From: an uncultured virus (IMG/VR IMGVR_UViG_3300010002_000006)
Taxonomy: Duplodnaviria > Heunggongvirae > Uroviricota > Caudoviricetes
Direction: 5' to 3' (one strand)
IMG/VR virus record: IMGVR_UViG_3300010002_000006
Span: 62,001 to 126,000 of that record
DNA: 64,000 nt
Shown here: one piece after another, positions 38,455 to 49,455 of the stretch
Position numbering within the stretch: the first letter of the stretch is position 1
How the letters are laid out: each line of letters starts with the position of its first letter
Position numbers and translations under genes: made by a program
Notes under the pieces: generated by a model
Databases searched by the model: none
What the model saw: the letters and a program-made list of their open reading frames with translations, nothing else
What the model was told of the DNA's origin: nothing

Positions 38455-39405
38455 TTAATTAAATTGTTTACTTAAGTAGGACGACAATGTGTCCACATAA
38501 TCGTCAATGTAAATCATCAGCTGTGGAAGAAACCCTGAATAGAGGGCGAATACCTTGGCATTCCCTTCCAGATGAGAGCGCATATCTGCAAGCAGTGAAG
38601 CAGACAGAGTTCCCTTCAAAACATCCAAATGCGCAAAAGATTTACTCAGCACAGTATTGAATTTCTTCATATAACTTTCGTACTGGTTAAGTGCCTTCAC
38701 AACATATTGGTAGATTTCCACCAGTTTGTTCAACTTGGTCAAAATCGTTTTGACATCGCTTTCAGCAAATGATTCAGTGACTTCCTCGCCAGGAGACTCA
38801 ACGTTCATCAACGACAGCTTGTTGTTGGTTTCGTTGTACCAGATGGTTTTGCCGCCTGGCAGGTCGTCAGACACCGAGCTCTTCGCCGAATGTTCCGGCA
38901 GCTTTACATGGGGAAAGATCAACGCCTCAAAGCCATCCAGCAGACGCACAGCATCGTCGGTGGTCTTAACGCTATTGATCCGATCCAGTAAGGCAAGCTC
39001 TTTACTCGAGTAAACCTCTACATCCTGTAAAAACGATTTGATTAACTCCATCGTTTTCTGAAGAGCGTCTAACCCGTCGATAATGTCATCGGGTTTCCCA
39101 GTACGGGTGATTTTCTTCAGCAAGGCTGCATTGAACGTGAGTTCAGATTTCAAAGGATCCTTACCTAAACGATTGTGCAGGTGACCAATCATCATGCGAC
39201 GGGTCCCCAGTGTTTTCACAATCCCGGTGATAGCTGCCTTCGTCGCCTGGGTAATTCCCTTGAGCGCTTCATCGCCAACATAACCACCGGCTTGTTTAAG
39301 TTTCCCCATGACGTCGGAGAACAGGGACTCAGCCCCGTCAACCCGTGCGTCCTGAAGAATGAGCCCTTGAAGTGCCTGACAGAGTGACGCGTGGTCATTC
39401 GACAT
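38455..39405 (-). CDS. Inner head protein, paralogue family
   Basis: DGAESLF motif near the N-terminus; helical character. Confidence 0.6.
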   Translation of the reverse strand: MSNDHASLCQALQGLILQDARVDGAESLFSDVMGKLKQAGGYVGDEALKGITQATKAAITGIVKTLGTRRMMIGHLHNRLGKDPLKSELTFNAALLKKITRTGKPDDIIDGLDALQKTMELIKSFLQDVEVYSSKELALLDRINSVKTTDDAVRLLDGFEALIFPHVKLPEHSAKSSVSDDLPGGKTIWYNETNNKLSLMNVESPGEEVTESFAESDVKTILTKLNKLVEIYQYVVKALNQYESYMKKFNTVLSKSFAHLDVLKGTLSASLLADMRSHLEGNAKVFALYSGFLPQLMIYIDDYVDTLSSYLSKQFN

Positions 39406-40657
39406 TATAACACTCCAGATGCAAGCTCAGCATCGTGATAAAGTGGCTCGCCAATACCACCAACATGCTTGAGACCTCGGTCTTGAAGCTGTTGACATCA
39501 TACTGGTAATCAGCGGTGATCAAGCCATACTGATAGGCACGGTCCTGGGAAGTATCTCCCTGACGCAGTGTAGTCAGGACATCTTTGACATCGTCCGGAT
39601 TAAAGTTTACTGCATCGTCTTCCTGATTCATGTTCTTCAGACGTGCGATAATATTCTCCACGACATCGCGAATCACATAGATCTGGGTGAGATTCAGGAT
39701 CTTCATCTGAACCTTGCCAGTGCCCTGGCGGGCGCCTTTGATGACATGATAACCGGTTTGTGACAGGGAATCCGCATACAACGTGTTGTCGGTTGGCACA
39801 ATGACATTATCTTTGACCCAACGCATGTCCAAGCTCACAGCCTGGAAACTCATCCCATCCAGCATGCCATTAGTTTGGCGCGCCATGAGCTTCTCATCAT
39901 CACCGTCGACTTTAGACCGCTGATTGAAAAGCTTAGGAATAATACGCTCGATCTCAGTAATCGTGTTGCCTTTGGGATTACCGAAATAACGGATCACAGA
40001 GTTCTTGTAGCGGATCTGCTCCATCTCCCAAACCCGAAGGCAGGCAGTAATGTAGTTGAACTCACTCTGAATACCTTTGGACAGATCCCCGGTGAGCATA
40101 CGGCCGTCTTTTGACAGACTGCGTACAATCAGCTCATTGAGTTCAACCTCAGTGCATCCTTCACGAATTCCCGCCACGACATTCAACACGGAGTCCAGGG
40201 CTTCCAGACGCGATTCCAGTACCTCAGTAGAAGTGGTGAGTTCAATCCAGGTACGCTGGAAGTTCTCCACTAACTGATTAGCCCAACGTTTGATGTTCTT
40301 GTACGTTTCCGACAACATCTCACGCAGTATCGCGCCGCGGCTCTTACGCCACTCTGCAGGGGTAATATTTAACCCAAAGGCTTCATTACCGGCGATCTTT
40401 GTTGCACCGCCGCTAAGCACCAGGTTGGGGTTATCGGCAATCAGGTTGTCAACCTTGCTGGCGATCTCTGTAGATAACTGGTAGTCCTGGGATTGGTCTA
40501 GCTTTTGCAAGACCGCCTCCAATTCTTCTTTTACCCGCAGATTCACACGGAAGTTGCTGAGTGCACCACGGGCCTCTTCAGCAAGCTTGGGAACATCCTG
40601 AACAGACACCGGGTTAATCGTCGCTGCTTTAAGGCTGTTCACCAAGTCATTTGACAT
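39395..40657 (-). CDS. Inner head protein, paralogue family
   Basis: AGNEAFG motif then LSETYKNIKRWANQLVENF helix. Confidence 0.6.
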   Translation of the reverse strand: MSNDLVNSLKAATINPVSVQDVPKLAEEARGALSNFRVNLRVKEELEAVLQKLDQSQDYQLSTEIASKVDNLIADNPNLVLSGGATKIAGNEAFGLNITPAEWRKSRGAILREMLSETYKNIKRWANQLVENFQRTWIELTTSTEVLESRLEALDSVLNVVAGIREGCTEVELNELIVRSLSKDGRMLTGDLSKGIQSEFNYITACLRVWEMEQIRYKNSVIRYFGNPKGNTITEIERIIPKLFNQRSKVDGDDEKLMARQTNGMLDGMSFQAVSLDMRWVKDNVIVPTDNTLYADSLSQTGYHVIKGARQGTGKVQMKILNLTQIYVIRDVVENIIARLKNMNQEDDAVNFNPDDVKDVLTTLRQGDTSQDRAYQYGLITADYQYDVNSFKTEVSSMLVVLASHFITMLSLHLECYNVE

Positions 40658-41177
40658 AGATAATTCCGTCCATACTCAGGCAGAACTTCGCCGCCAACTC
40701 AGGACCGATCAGGGCCATGACGTCGTAGAAGTGACGATCTTCGATATTGCTGAAGTCAACGTCCTCTACTACAAAGCGCGTAGCCGCACCCTGTTGAACA
40801 TCATAGATGATCGGCTGTGGAATCGGGTCGCCGTTGTTGCTCATGTTCTGAATGCGATTCAGATCGATCTTGAGCTGGGTAATTACCGTGCTGCCAGACA
40901 TCCGACCATTCAGGTAACCGGCAATTTTGCGTGCCAGCTCACGACGGGCACCGCCGCCATCACGGAAGTTCACAATCAGCCAGTTACGAAAGCTCTCGCC
41001 AATATAACGCTTGGTGATGCCAAAGACCTCAGCATGGGCTGAGATATCGGTCTGTAACAGGCCGCTGTTCCAGGAGTTAATAAACGCTTTAATAATGCGC
41101 TCGTTGTTCTCCAGGATTCCGTTATCAAAAGCAGCAGGTACCAGACCGAATTTAAGGTACTTAAACTCAGTCGCCAT
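40647..41177 (-). CDS. Hypothetical protein
   Basis: Start moved to ATG 41177 (MATEFKY) with GAGG upstream. Confidence 0.6.
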   Translation of the reverse strand: MATEFKYLKFGLVPAAFDNGILENNERIIKAFINSWNSGLLQTDISAHAEVFGITKRYIGESFRNWLIVNFRDGGGARRELARKIAGYLNGRMSGSTVITQLKIDLNRIQNMSNNGDPIPQPIIYDVQQGAATRFVVEDVDFSNIEDRHFYDVMALIGPELAAKFCLSMDGIIYVK

Positions 41178-42039
41178 AGCGGGCCTCGATTTGTGCGATA
41201 CGGCTGTGACGTTTAATGATCTCATCCTGATAGGTTTCGATCTGACGTTCCAGGCTTGGATCTTCTACCCCGGTACGGCGGTTGTTTAAACGGGCAATCT
41301 TCATGGCCAGCATGTCGATATCGGCGTTGGCATCGTCCAGACGTTTGATGTCTTTCTTCATGCGCATCATCCGCCACCAGAAGCGCGGGTTCAGTTCATG
41401 AGGCGCCAGGTTACGCTGTACACTCACCGCACTGTCACCAGAAGAAGCACGAATGATCTCTTCAGACTGGGCGTCATAGGTTTCATCGGTCAGGTCATCG
41501 ATCATGGCGTCCAATGACTTCAGTGACTGAGAGAAACGCACAACCAGTTTAGAGAAGTACTTTGGCGTGTTGGTGAAGAAGGCAATATCGATCTTGGTCA
41601 GAAACGTTGCCAGGTTTACTTCTTTGGTGGCTTCGGTGATCATGATGTCCGAGACCAGACCCGCATAGCGGTTAAAGAAGTTCACGGCCGCGATGCTGTC
41701 CAGTACACCTTTCTCCTGGAAGGAGATGGTTTCGGCGTCGAACACATCGGTCCGGCTTTTCTGAATACGATCACGCAGACGCGGTACCCACTGCAGCAGT
41801 TGGTTAATACTGAAACGCAGAGAACCAACCAGCGTAGCACGCGAGTCCAGACTCTTTTTAATGTCCGCTTCAATGCCTTTCAGAACCGCATTACGCTGTA
41901 CATACGCTTCGGCAGCCGTGAGGTTGTCGTTGCTGTCAGCGAGCAGGGTCAGGGTGTCATTTAATCCACGCAGGTAAACGACTTCTTTGTCGATGGCAGC
42001 CAGCACATCGTTTTTCGGGGTATTACTGATAATGATCAT
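41167..42039 (-). CDS. Probable virion (head) protein
   Basis: 290 aa, helical, C-terminal coiled coil; in the head-protein cluster. Confidence 0.55.
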   Translation of the reverse strand: MIIISNTPKNDVLAAIDKEVVYLRGLNDTLTLLADSNDNLTAAEAYVQRNAVLKGIEADIKKSLDSRATLVGSLRFSINQLLQWVPRLRDRIQKSRTDVFDAETISFQEKGVLDSIAAVNFFNRYAGLVSDIMITEATKEVNLATFLTKIDIAFFTNTPKYFSKLVVRFSQSLKSLDAMIDDLTDETYDAQSEEIIRASSGDSAVSVQRNLAPHELNPRFWWRMMRMKKDIKRLDDANADIDMLAMKIARLNNRRTGVEDPSLERQIETYQDEIIKRHSRIAQIEARYGD

Positions 42040-42042
42040 GGA

Positions 42043-43134
42043 TTAACGTCCACCAAACAGTTTAGCCAGAGAAGCCAGATCCATTGACGTGTCTCGTTTA
42101 GAGGTCACGGTGATCTGACGCTGTGTCCACTCTTCCGGCATGTTGTTGCCGCTGTAGTAGAAGGTAAAGACACCGAGATCCTGGTTAACCACGATAATGG
42201 TGTTGGCCAGTACCGCTTTACGGATTTTGTCGATGCCAGAGCCATCAAAACGCACACCCAATTCCAGCTCGATGTTGCGGGCTGTTTCTGAGGTCATGAT
42301 AATGGTGTTGGCCTGGGAGTTCATGCTGAGCACACCGGTACGCAGTGCAGCCATACGGTTTTTGCTCTCACGCTCAGTGACTTCGGTGTAATAACCGGAG
42401 CTGTCATTTTTGCGCATTTTGAATTCACGCTTGATGACATCTTCACCGCCCAGCAGTTCAGGGGTGGTCAGTTCACCAGAGCGTGCCATGACCATACGGG
42501 CTTTCCAGCCATCTTCCGGACGGGCCGCTTCAAAGATGTTCTGAAGATCTTTTGAGGTGACCGATACCGGGGTCTGACGGAAAGTCAGTGGAAAGGTCAG
42601 TTGGTTACCGTCGATCGTGACAGAAGCATCTACGGTGCGACCAATGGCCAGCGGACGGTACTCAGAGATCTCCGCCATTTTGCTGCCCACATTACTCTGT
42701 GGACGTTTAACAGGGGGTGCGGATTCAACACCGGTCACCGTGTCAAACGCTTCGGCACCCTGCAAGGACAGGAAGCCAGAACGACGCGGTTGGATACCGT
42801 CGATCAGGTCAGAGATTTTAATCCCGTTAACGCTGCCCTGCTGGGCAAAGTGAGACAGGGTATCATTGATATCACGCAGGTTGACAACCGTCATGAGATC
42901 GGACATGAAATCCTGGTGTAACAGGCTGTCTTCAATAGCAACCAAAGGCGAGATCAGGGTTTTAGAAGCAGACTTGGAAACGTTGCCAGTCTGAAGTACA
43001 TTGTATGTCGCCGTAGCTCCATCAATGATTTTCTTTGCTCCTTCAACGTTTTTCTTGTCCGCACCGAATGAGGTTGCCACTTGAACAAGCGTGGCTCCCA
43101 AAGAAAGAACTTGAGGAATCATTACGTACTCCAT
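42043..43134 (-). CDS. Probable virion (head) protein
   Basis: 363 aa; QGAEAF and TGVESA G-x-E motifs about 125-140 residues in. Confidence 0.6.
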   Translation of the reverse strand: MEYVMIPQVLSLGATLVQVATSFGADKKNVEGAKKIIDGATATYNVLQTGNVSKSASKTLISPLVAIEDSLLHQDFMSDLMTVVNLRDINDTLSHFAQQGSVNGIKISDLIDGIQPRRSGFLSLQGAEAFDTVTGVESAPPVKRPQSNVGSKMAEISEYRPLAIGRTVDASVTIDGNQLTFPLTFRQTPVSVTSKDLQNIFEAARPEDGWKARMVMARSGELTTPELLGGEDVIKREFKMRKNDSSGYYTEVTERESKNRMAALRTGVLSMNSQANTIIMTSETARNIELELGVRFDGSGIDKIRKAVLANTIIVVNQDLGVFTFYYSGNNMPEEWTQRQITVTSKRDTSMDLASLAKLFGGR

Positions 43135-43146
43135 TAAGGTTTATAT

Positions 43147-44205
43147 ATGAGTTCAGATGAAAATAATTTTACAAATTATTCAGGGGAGAACCTCCCAAAG
43201 AGGCAGGAAATATTTGATGCTGCCTTATTAGAAGGAACATCGCCAGGTTGGACATCGCCTTTAATTAACTCGTTACGAGGGTTAAAGATTCTTGGTCAGG
43301 GCCCGGCAATGATGCCGCTTTCGGATAACACCATAGGATTGCCGTTTGTTACCCGCCCGCAGCTAAACCTTACAGATGATAACATTACCCGCTCAGAGAA
43401 GCTGGTAAGTCTCTACGGGGCCGGCCAAAACAGTATCGGTGCCTATATCCGTGGAATGCTGGATGAACGCTGGGCTGCCAGTAATGCCGGTGTGATCTTA
43501 GATAACCGCATGCCGTTTATTACTCCCCTTACTACCTTTATTAAAACGTCTACCGGATTCAGTGATCTACAACTCTCCATGGAAACGTCAGAGCCTGGAC
43601 TGCGTAGTCAGGTCTATCAGCGTGTGTCCAGTAAGCTTGAGGAGAATGGTCAGTTTACCATTAACCAGACTTACTACAATCCCAAGCCGTCTGTGTTACA
43701 AGCCCTGTTCCAGTACTGGGAGGATTATATTTCGGAAGTGGTGTCAGGCGATCGCCAGGTTGCACCCCGTGACTGGTACCTGATGGGAAACCGTATTGAT
43801 TACGATTGCCGCATCTATCACCTGATCATGAACAAAGATGCCATGTACCTGGAACACATCTTTGCCACGGTGCAATCTATTCCCACCACGTATCCTGCTG
43901 GTGCCATTGCCTCGATTGACACCACCCAGAACACCTTACGCGGTGAAGGACAGGATGAGTTCACTATCCAGTTCTCCTCGGTGGGTCAACGTCAGGATGA
44001 GTTCGGCTTGATCCAGTCGTTTAACGAACACAGTTTCCTTTATAACCCAAACCTTATGCCCAATGTGCGCAACCAGTATTACCGTGAAATATCAGCGGAT
44101 GAATACATTGCCTACAGCGGGGGTGCTTATCCTTTATTACTCCCGCGTGTTGAACAGGGGCGTAGTGGTATCAAATTAACATGGTGGGTCTTGAAAAATG
44201 AGTAG
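43147..44205 (+). CDS. Virion structural protein (baseplate or tube-related)
   Basis: 352 aa, overlaps the start of the baseplate-wedge-like gene. Confidence 0.5.
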   Translation: MSSDENNFTNYSGENLPKRQEIFDAALLEGTSPGWTSPLINSLRGLKILGQGPAMMPLSDNTIGLPFVTRPQLNLTDDNITRSEKLVSLYGAGQNSIGAYIRGMLDERWAASNAGVILDNRMPFITPLTTFIKTSTGFSDLQLSMETSEPGLRSQVYQRVSSKLEENGQFTINQTYYNPKPSVLQALFQYWEDYISEVVSGDRQVAPRDWYLMGNRIDYDCRIYHLIMNKDAMYLEHIFATVQSIPTTYPAGAIASIDTTQNTLRGEGQDEFTIQFSSVGQRQDEFGLIQSFNEHSFLYNPNLMPNVRNQYYREISADEYIAYSGGAYPLLLPRVEQGRSGIKLTWWVLKNE

Positions 44206-47164
44206 CAGCATGACCTTTGAAGAATTAGACCGGATTTCGAATAACCCGAGTCGTGTGATCTCCACGGTGTTTAACAACATCGAGTCCACGTTTCTGGCCG
44301 GTGCCGGTACCTTGAACTCTGCAGACCATCCCTTTGCCTTTACAGTGGATCTGGTTGTGGGGTCACAGTTTAACATGATTAACCGTCTGGGTGATTCTGA
44401 AGCTGGCGGGTTCCTGGCCCATGCCCGTAACATCGGGGATCTGTCCAAGAATATGAGTGATGAAGATTGGTACGGGGTCTATGGGGATCCGAGCCAAACC
44501 GTGTTACGCTTTATCATCTCAGAAGAAACCCTGGACGATGTGGCGATACGCTACAACGAAGTCAGCGGGTCTTTAGAGAACACCTACCGTAAGCTGGTGA
44601 TTCCAGCAGACACGGCGTTCACGGTCGCAGGGATTCCGTTCCTGTTAGAGAACCCGGTTGAGATTCGCGTGATGGATCACGGTGGGTATGAAGTGGTCTA
44701 TGACAGCAGCCGTCAGTCTCGGTTAAACCCCCTGTCGACCAACACCCCAGATGTCTCCTATATGGACATCGATCGCCTGCGCTACATTGCAATTCACTTG
44801 CCGGTGCGCCAATTAAAGATCACCCCACACAACAACAAGCCGATTAACCCCAATGTCGGTTTCCGGGAAATCATTAACTACGAAGACACCATCTATGCAG
44901 TGCGTGCCTTTATTACCCCGGATGGCAGTACCCGTCGCAGTGAGATGTCGGTGATCTATAACAACGAGAACTATGACCCGAATCAGGCAACCCTGGTTGT
45001 GGATCTCAAAACTGACACCACCTTTGAAGTGTCTGTTCCGTCGGTGTACACCCAGAACCAGATCATCGGCATGGCACGTATCACCATTCTGGTTTATACC
45101 ACCAAAGGTAAAATGTACCGAGACCTTACCACGTTAAGTGGTCAGTACTTTGGCGTTGAGTACTTTAACTACGCCAATGACCGGGGGCTTCCGAATCAGT
45201 TTGAGAAACCGTTGACTCAGATCAACACAGTGTTGGTCGAAGCCATGGCTCCGATTACCGGTGGGCGTAATGCCATGAGTTTCCAGGAACTCAAAGACAC
45301 CATGATCTACGGTCATCGTCAACGTCTGATTCCAATCAGTAACAATGACATCTCACAGTTCCTGCTGAGCAAAGGGTACTCGTCGGTGAAATCCATCGAC
45401 ATGATCACCGACCGTCTCTACCGGGTCACCAAAGATCTGCCGATTCAAGACTCCAAGCTCTATACCGATCGCAGCGTGGCAAGCTTTAACTCCGCCATGG
45501 GTGTGAACGTAGGATCTATCTTGACCAGTCTCGAAGAACTGATTGCTTCAGGTTGGGCGTTGGACAACGGTCAGCGGGTAACGTTACCACAGCGGGCGGT
45601 GTTTAACATCACCAAACAAACCCCGGTGTTAATGCCAAAGAGTCGCTATGAAAGTCTGATGGCCGCCTCGAACCAGACTAAGATCGATTTGATTTCCGAC
45701 AACACGCTGGTCTATACCCCGTTCACGTATGTCTTTGACACCACCAAGAACCGTGCCGTGAGTCGGATCTATCGCACCAACCATCCAAGTATCCGTTATC
45801 AGACTTTCCGGTTTGAGAATGCGACGCTGGGCTTGCAGGTGAGTGTGGGTGCCATTGGGATTGAGTCGGTACCTGAAGGATATCGGATTACCATTGAGAC
45901 CGCATCGAAAGAAGCGTATCAGCGGTTGAACAACGACTCTATTGGGTTGCAGTTATCCCTGACACCTTCTGGAGTGAGTTCGCCGATTACCATGCGGGCA
46001 ACGCTTAAAGGTGTGACCAAAGAGGGTGAGCGTCAGTTTGAGTTCATGATTCCAAGTACCTTGGACATCACCGATGCCGATCTGATTGGTTTGCAGGGCT
46101 TTAACCAATTTGGTCAGCCAAGCCGGGTGAGCTATGTGGATCTGCAAACCACCGCTAACTTTATCTTTACGGTGAGCGGACCAGGACTGCAGTTGACTTC
46201 TGCATCGGATATGAAGATCGATCAGAACCTCTTTAACACCGTCAACATCGCGATCATCGAAACTGACTACGTGCTGGAGTTTGGCCGTAACTTGGGATCA
46301 CTCTTTACCCGTATCCGTCCCATGGTGGGTGATGAGCAGTATGAGAAGTATCAGCGTGATGTACCAGACCTCTATACCCAGGATGAGTATGAAACGGTCT
46401 TGGTAGAAGAGAACGGTGCCATGTTGAACAAACTGGTGTTGAAAGATGGCTTGCCAGTGTTGAAGCACAAAGCCGGGACGCAGCGGTACACGCCGGACGG
46501 TAAACCGATCTTCCTCTACCTCAAAGATCAAACGGTCTATGACAGCGAGCACAAGCCGGTGGTGTTGGCCCCAAGAAAGATGCGTTACTATTGGGACTTC
46601 ATTGGTTTCGACTTTACTTATCTGTTGTCGCAGGATGAGTACGACACGACCTACATGAATAACACTGAAGCGTTCTTTGTGGATCAGGTTGTGGCTGAGC
46701 TCGATAACTATAACCGGGTGGCACTGGATGAAACACGTCTGGTATTTAAACCGCGCTCGACTATGGGATACACCAAAACCATTGTTAATGAAATGGTTGA
46801 ACGGATTGTGAAAAACGATCTGACCTTTGGGGTGATTTATATGTTGACCGAAAACGGAATGCGTAACCAGAACCTCAAAGACAACCTCAATACCTCAACG
46901 CATACCCTGATTAACAACGCACTCTTAAAAGAGACGGTGTCCCATTCAGGTATCGTGAGTATTCTGAAAACCAACGGGGGATCAGAAGTCATTGACGTTC
47001 ACCTTACCATCAAGGCGGGCGAATATGAGATTGACGCCATTACCAATGTGGACGCAACCAACGGCTTCAGTGTTGGTAAGACTATCGAACAAACTGCCGA
47101 TAAATTCCTGACCATTAAGGAAGCGGTAGAGATTCAGTTCAAGCGTCACCTGCCTAACGGCTAA
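44198..47164 (+). CDS. Baseplate wedge-like protein (gp6/J-like)
   Basis: 988 aa; ITILVYTTKG and PITGGRNAMSFQELK resemble the gp6/J Y..T.G and GG.D.ES.E.L motifs. Confidence 0.6.
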   Translation: MSSSMTFEELDRISNNPSRVISTVFNNIESTFLAGAGTLNSADHPFAFTVDLVVGSQFNMINRLGDSEAGGFLAHARNIGDLSKNMSDEDWYGVYGDPSQTVLRFIISEETLDDVAIRYNEVSGSLENTYRKLVIPADTAFTVAGIPFLLENPVEIRVMDHGGYEVVYDSSRQSRLNPLSTNTPDVSYMDIDRLRYIAIHLPVRQLKITPHNNKPINPNVGFREIINYEDTIYAVRAFITPDGSTRRSEMSVIYNNENYDPNQATLVVDLKTDTTFEVSVPSVYTQNQIIGMARITILVYTTKGKMYRDLTTLSGQYFGVEYFNYANDRGLPNQFEKPLTQINTVLVEAMAPITGGRNAMSFQELKDTMIYGHRQRLIPISNNDISQFLLSKGYSSVKSIDMITDRLYRVTKDLPIQDSKLYTDRSVASFNSAMGVNVGSILTSLEELIASGWALDNGQRVTLPQRAVFNITKQTPVLMPKSRYESLMAASNQTKIDLISDNTLVYTPFTYVFDTTKNRAVSRIYRTNHPSIRYQTFRFENATLGLQVSVGAIGIESVPEGYRITIETASKEAYQRLNNDSIGLQLSLTPSGVSSPITMRATLKGVTKEGERQFEFMIPSTLDITDADLIGLQGFNQFGQPSRVSYVDLQTTANFIFTVSGPGLQLTSASDMKIDQNLFNTVNIAIIETDYVLEFGRNLGSLFTRIRPMVGDEQYEKYQRDVPDLYTQDEYETVLVEENGAMLNKLVLKDGLPVLKHKAGTQRYTPDGKPIFLYLKDQTVYDSEHKPVVLAPRKMRYYWDFIGFDFTYLLSQDEYDTTYMNNTEAFFVDQVVAELDNYNRVALDETRLVFKPRSTMGYTKTIVNEMVERIVKNDLTFGVIYMLTENGMRNQNLKDNLNTSTHTLINNALLKETVSHSGIVSILKTNGGSEVIDVHLTIKAGEYEIDAITNVDATNGFSVGKTIEQTADKFLTIKEAVEIQFKRHLPNG

Positions 47165-47174
47165 CCATGCATAA

Positions 47175-47204
47175 CCCCTACCCCTCCGAAAGGAAGGGTA
47201 GGGG
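47175..47204. terminator. CTAC...GTAG family hairpin at a convergent junction
   Basis: CCCCTACCCCTCC-GAAA-GGAAGGGTAGGGG. Confidence 0.75.
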
Positions 47205-47210
47205 ACTATG

Positions 47211-47864
47211 TTAATATTCGACGAACGTGTCGAGGTAATCCAGATAAGACTTCAACGCACCCAGGGTATTTTCCTGGTTGAGGTTGTTGACATCACTGCC
47301 AACCATGGACCAACGTTTTACCGCATCGGCGTCCACGATCTTTTCTGCCAGAGATTCCAGATCAGAGTTGAGGTAATCGATCCAGCTGTCTACGGTGACT
47401 TCTGGCCACTGTTCACGTTTAATGATAACGTGCTGAGTATAACCAAATACCGTTAACAGACGCCCCACGGCACGACGCAGATAAAGCTGACGTTCAACCT
47501 TATCCAGCAACGTGGTTTCTGAGAGTCGCCGCGCTGTGTCCAGAACATAATCACGCACACCCTGCAATACAACTACACGGGCATCAGTTAATGCCTTGTT
47601 GTATCCGATTGTGATGTCATGATCCCGCACAAAGTCTACCGCGTAGTGCGCATTCATCTCAGACTTGGCTGACGTTAACTTCAACGACAACACATCGAGA
47701 CCTGCTACGTTCTCACTGTTAAAGACTTCTTTAATAAATGCGACACACCCTTTCTTACAACGTGGCTCACTCAGAAACCCATCGAGGTATTCCAGGAAGC
47801 GGTTGTATTTGCTCTGGTCCAAATAGAGACGACTAATCAGAGCCAAGACTTCTTCTTTTTGCAT
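47211..47864 (-). CDS. Hypothetical protein
   Basis: 217-aa ORF at the end of a minus-strand operon. Confidence 0.65.
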   Translation of the reverse strand: MQKEEVLALISRLYLDQSKYNRFLEYLDGFLSEPRCKKGCVAFIKEVFNSENVAGLDVLSLKLTSAKSEMNAHYAVDFVRDHDITIGYNKALTDARVVVLQGVRDYVLDTARRLSETTLLDKVERQLYLRRAVGRLLTVFGYTQHVIIKREQWPEVTVDSWIDYLNSDLESLAEKIVDADAVKRWSMVGSDVNNLNQENTLGALKSYLDYLDTFVEY

Positions 47865-47869
47865 AACGA

Positions 47870-49444
47870 TTAAATCCTGCTTTGAATGCCCATCTCTTTC
47901 AGACCGGCGTTGACCCGTTCAATGATCTTGAAGTTCTTACGCAGATCCCCTGTCTTGGCACGGTACACTTCCAGGGCTGGACCCAGGACACGGTGTTTGG
48001 CCATGAAGAGTTGGTTATAGTTGATGTTACTGGTGGTGTCGACACGCTCACCTTGGTTGTTGTAAACTGCAGCAATCTGATTGCCGTTTTCATTCAACAA
48101 CTCTTCCTCGGTATTGATGATCGTTTTCAGATCTTTACTGAGGTAGGTAAACATCAGCTTGTCTACTTTGGTCGACCAGCTCACGATGTTGGCAATGCTC
48201 TTACGCACGTTGCTGCTGATCGAGATCAACTGGTTCAGTGCCCAGGTGTACTCATTGATCAGTGAACAGTAAGAGGTATACGAGAGCTTCAGAATCCCGG
48301 CACCCTCAAACACAGCATCGATGCTTTCAATCAGCTGAGCATCAACCACTTCGATGACATCTTTCAGCGCTTTCAGGGTATCTGGATCGTACGGCTTCTG
48401 GGCTTTAAGCAATACAGCGCCCATGCGACCTGCCACCATCTTCACCCGCTCGAACTCTTCAGTCGAGATACGCACCGGAATGGTTTTGTCCAGCACATCT
48501 TTCTGTGCGGTGAGATTCTGCTTAAACGCTTTGTCTACACCTACGCCACCCAGATCGATGTCATATGCCATATCAACCAGTTCTGCAAGCTCACGACGAA
48601 TAGGTTCCGGGTTAAGCTTAACCGCCACTTCGTTGTCCAGCATCGCACGAAACTCAATGACGTCTGCATTGGAGAAGCTTTCCTGATCTTTCCAGGCATT
48701 GCGAAGCTTGGCCACTGCCTGCTGGTAACGACCGCGTGAAGTACGTGCATCATGACCAGCATTCTTGATCAGGGTTTCCACTTTATCCAGACGACCCTGG
48801 ATCTGTGCCAGCGCATCAATCTGATCCACAATCTTTTTGTTGCGATTGTAGACAATGGAGAACGCATCACGCTGGGTTAAATCACCCGGCAGTGCTTCAT
48901 AGAGTTCGCCTACATCGATGCTGACTTTCTCTGCACCGATCAGGGAGCTTAGCAGAGCAATCAGTTCACGCTTGGTGTCTTCGGAGTGCTGGGCAACAAT
49001 CGCCAGTTCCCGTTCGGTCTTCTCAAAACCCAGTAACACGCGGATACGAGTCACGATCCAATCGATCACGGCCAGCAGGAATTTCTTCGCTGCTTTGATT
49101 ACCGTAATGAAACCCTGCTTGAGCTTCTCCAGGAAGCTCTCTCCGCCCAGTACCGCGTTCATGCGGTCATAGGTCGGTAACATGCCTTCACAGCCGCTGA
49201 TCATCAATACAGAGTGCGCTGAAGGGTGCAGACGTTTGTTGTTCAGATATTCCCGGCAATTAGCCGCCAGAATGTTCAGGGATTCCTGACCTGTGACTTC
49301 ATAGGTCTCATCCAGCGATACCAGTTGTTCACCCGGCTCACGTTTCACCACAACAACCTGGTCAGTACCTTTCTGGGTATTGAGCTGGAGAACCGTACTT
49401 AACTCAACTGAGTCATCATCAGTTTTGGTTGCTTCTTCTGACAT
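47870..49444 (-). CDS. Inner head/ejection protein, paralogue family
   Basis: 524 aa; TGQES, SGCEG, LGGESF then LEKLKQGFITVIKAAKKFLLAVIDWI helix. Confidence 0.62.
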   Translation of the reverse strand: MSEEATKTDDDSVELSTVLQLNTQKGTDQVVVVKREPGEQLVSLDETYEVTGQESLNILAANCREYLNNKRLHPSAHSVLMISGCEGMLPTYDRMNAVLGGESFLEKLKQGFITVIKAAKKFLLAVIDWIVTRIRVLLGFEKTERELAIVAQHSEDTKRELIALLSSLIGAEKVSIDVGELYEALPGDLTQRDAFSIVYNRNKKIVDQIDALAQIQGRLDKVETLIKNAGHDARTSRGRYQQAVAKLRNAWKDQESFSNADVIEFRAMLDNEVAVKLNPEPIRRELAELVDMAYDIDLGGVGVDKAFKQNLTAQKDVLDKTIPVRISTEEFERVKMVAGRMGAVLLKAQKPYDPDTLKALKDVIEVVDAQLIESIDAVFEGAGILKLSYTSYCSLINEYTWALNQLISISSNVRKSIANIVSWSTKVDKLMFTYLSKDLKTIINTEEELLNENGNQIAAVYNNQGERVDTTSNINYNQLFMAKHRVLGPALEVYRAKTGDLRKNFKIIERVNAGLKEMGIQSRI

Positions 49445-49455
49445 GATAACTCCTG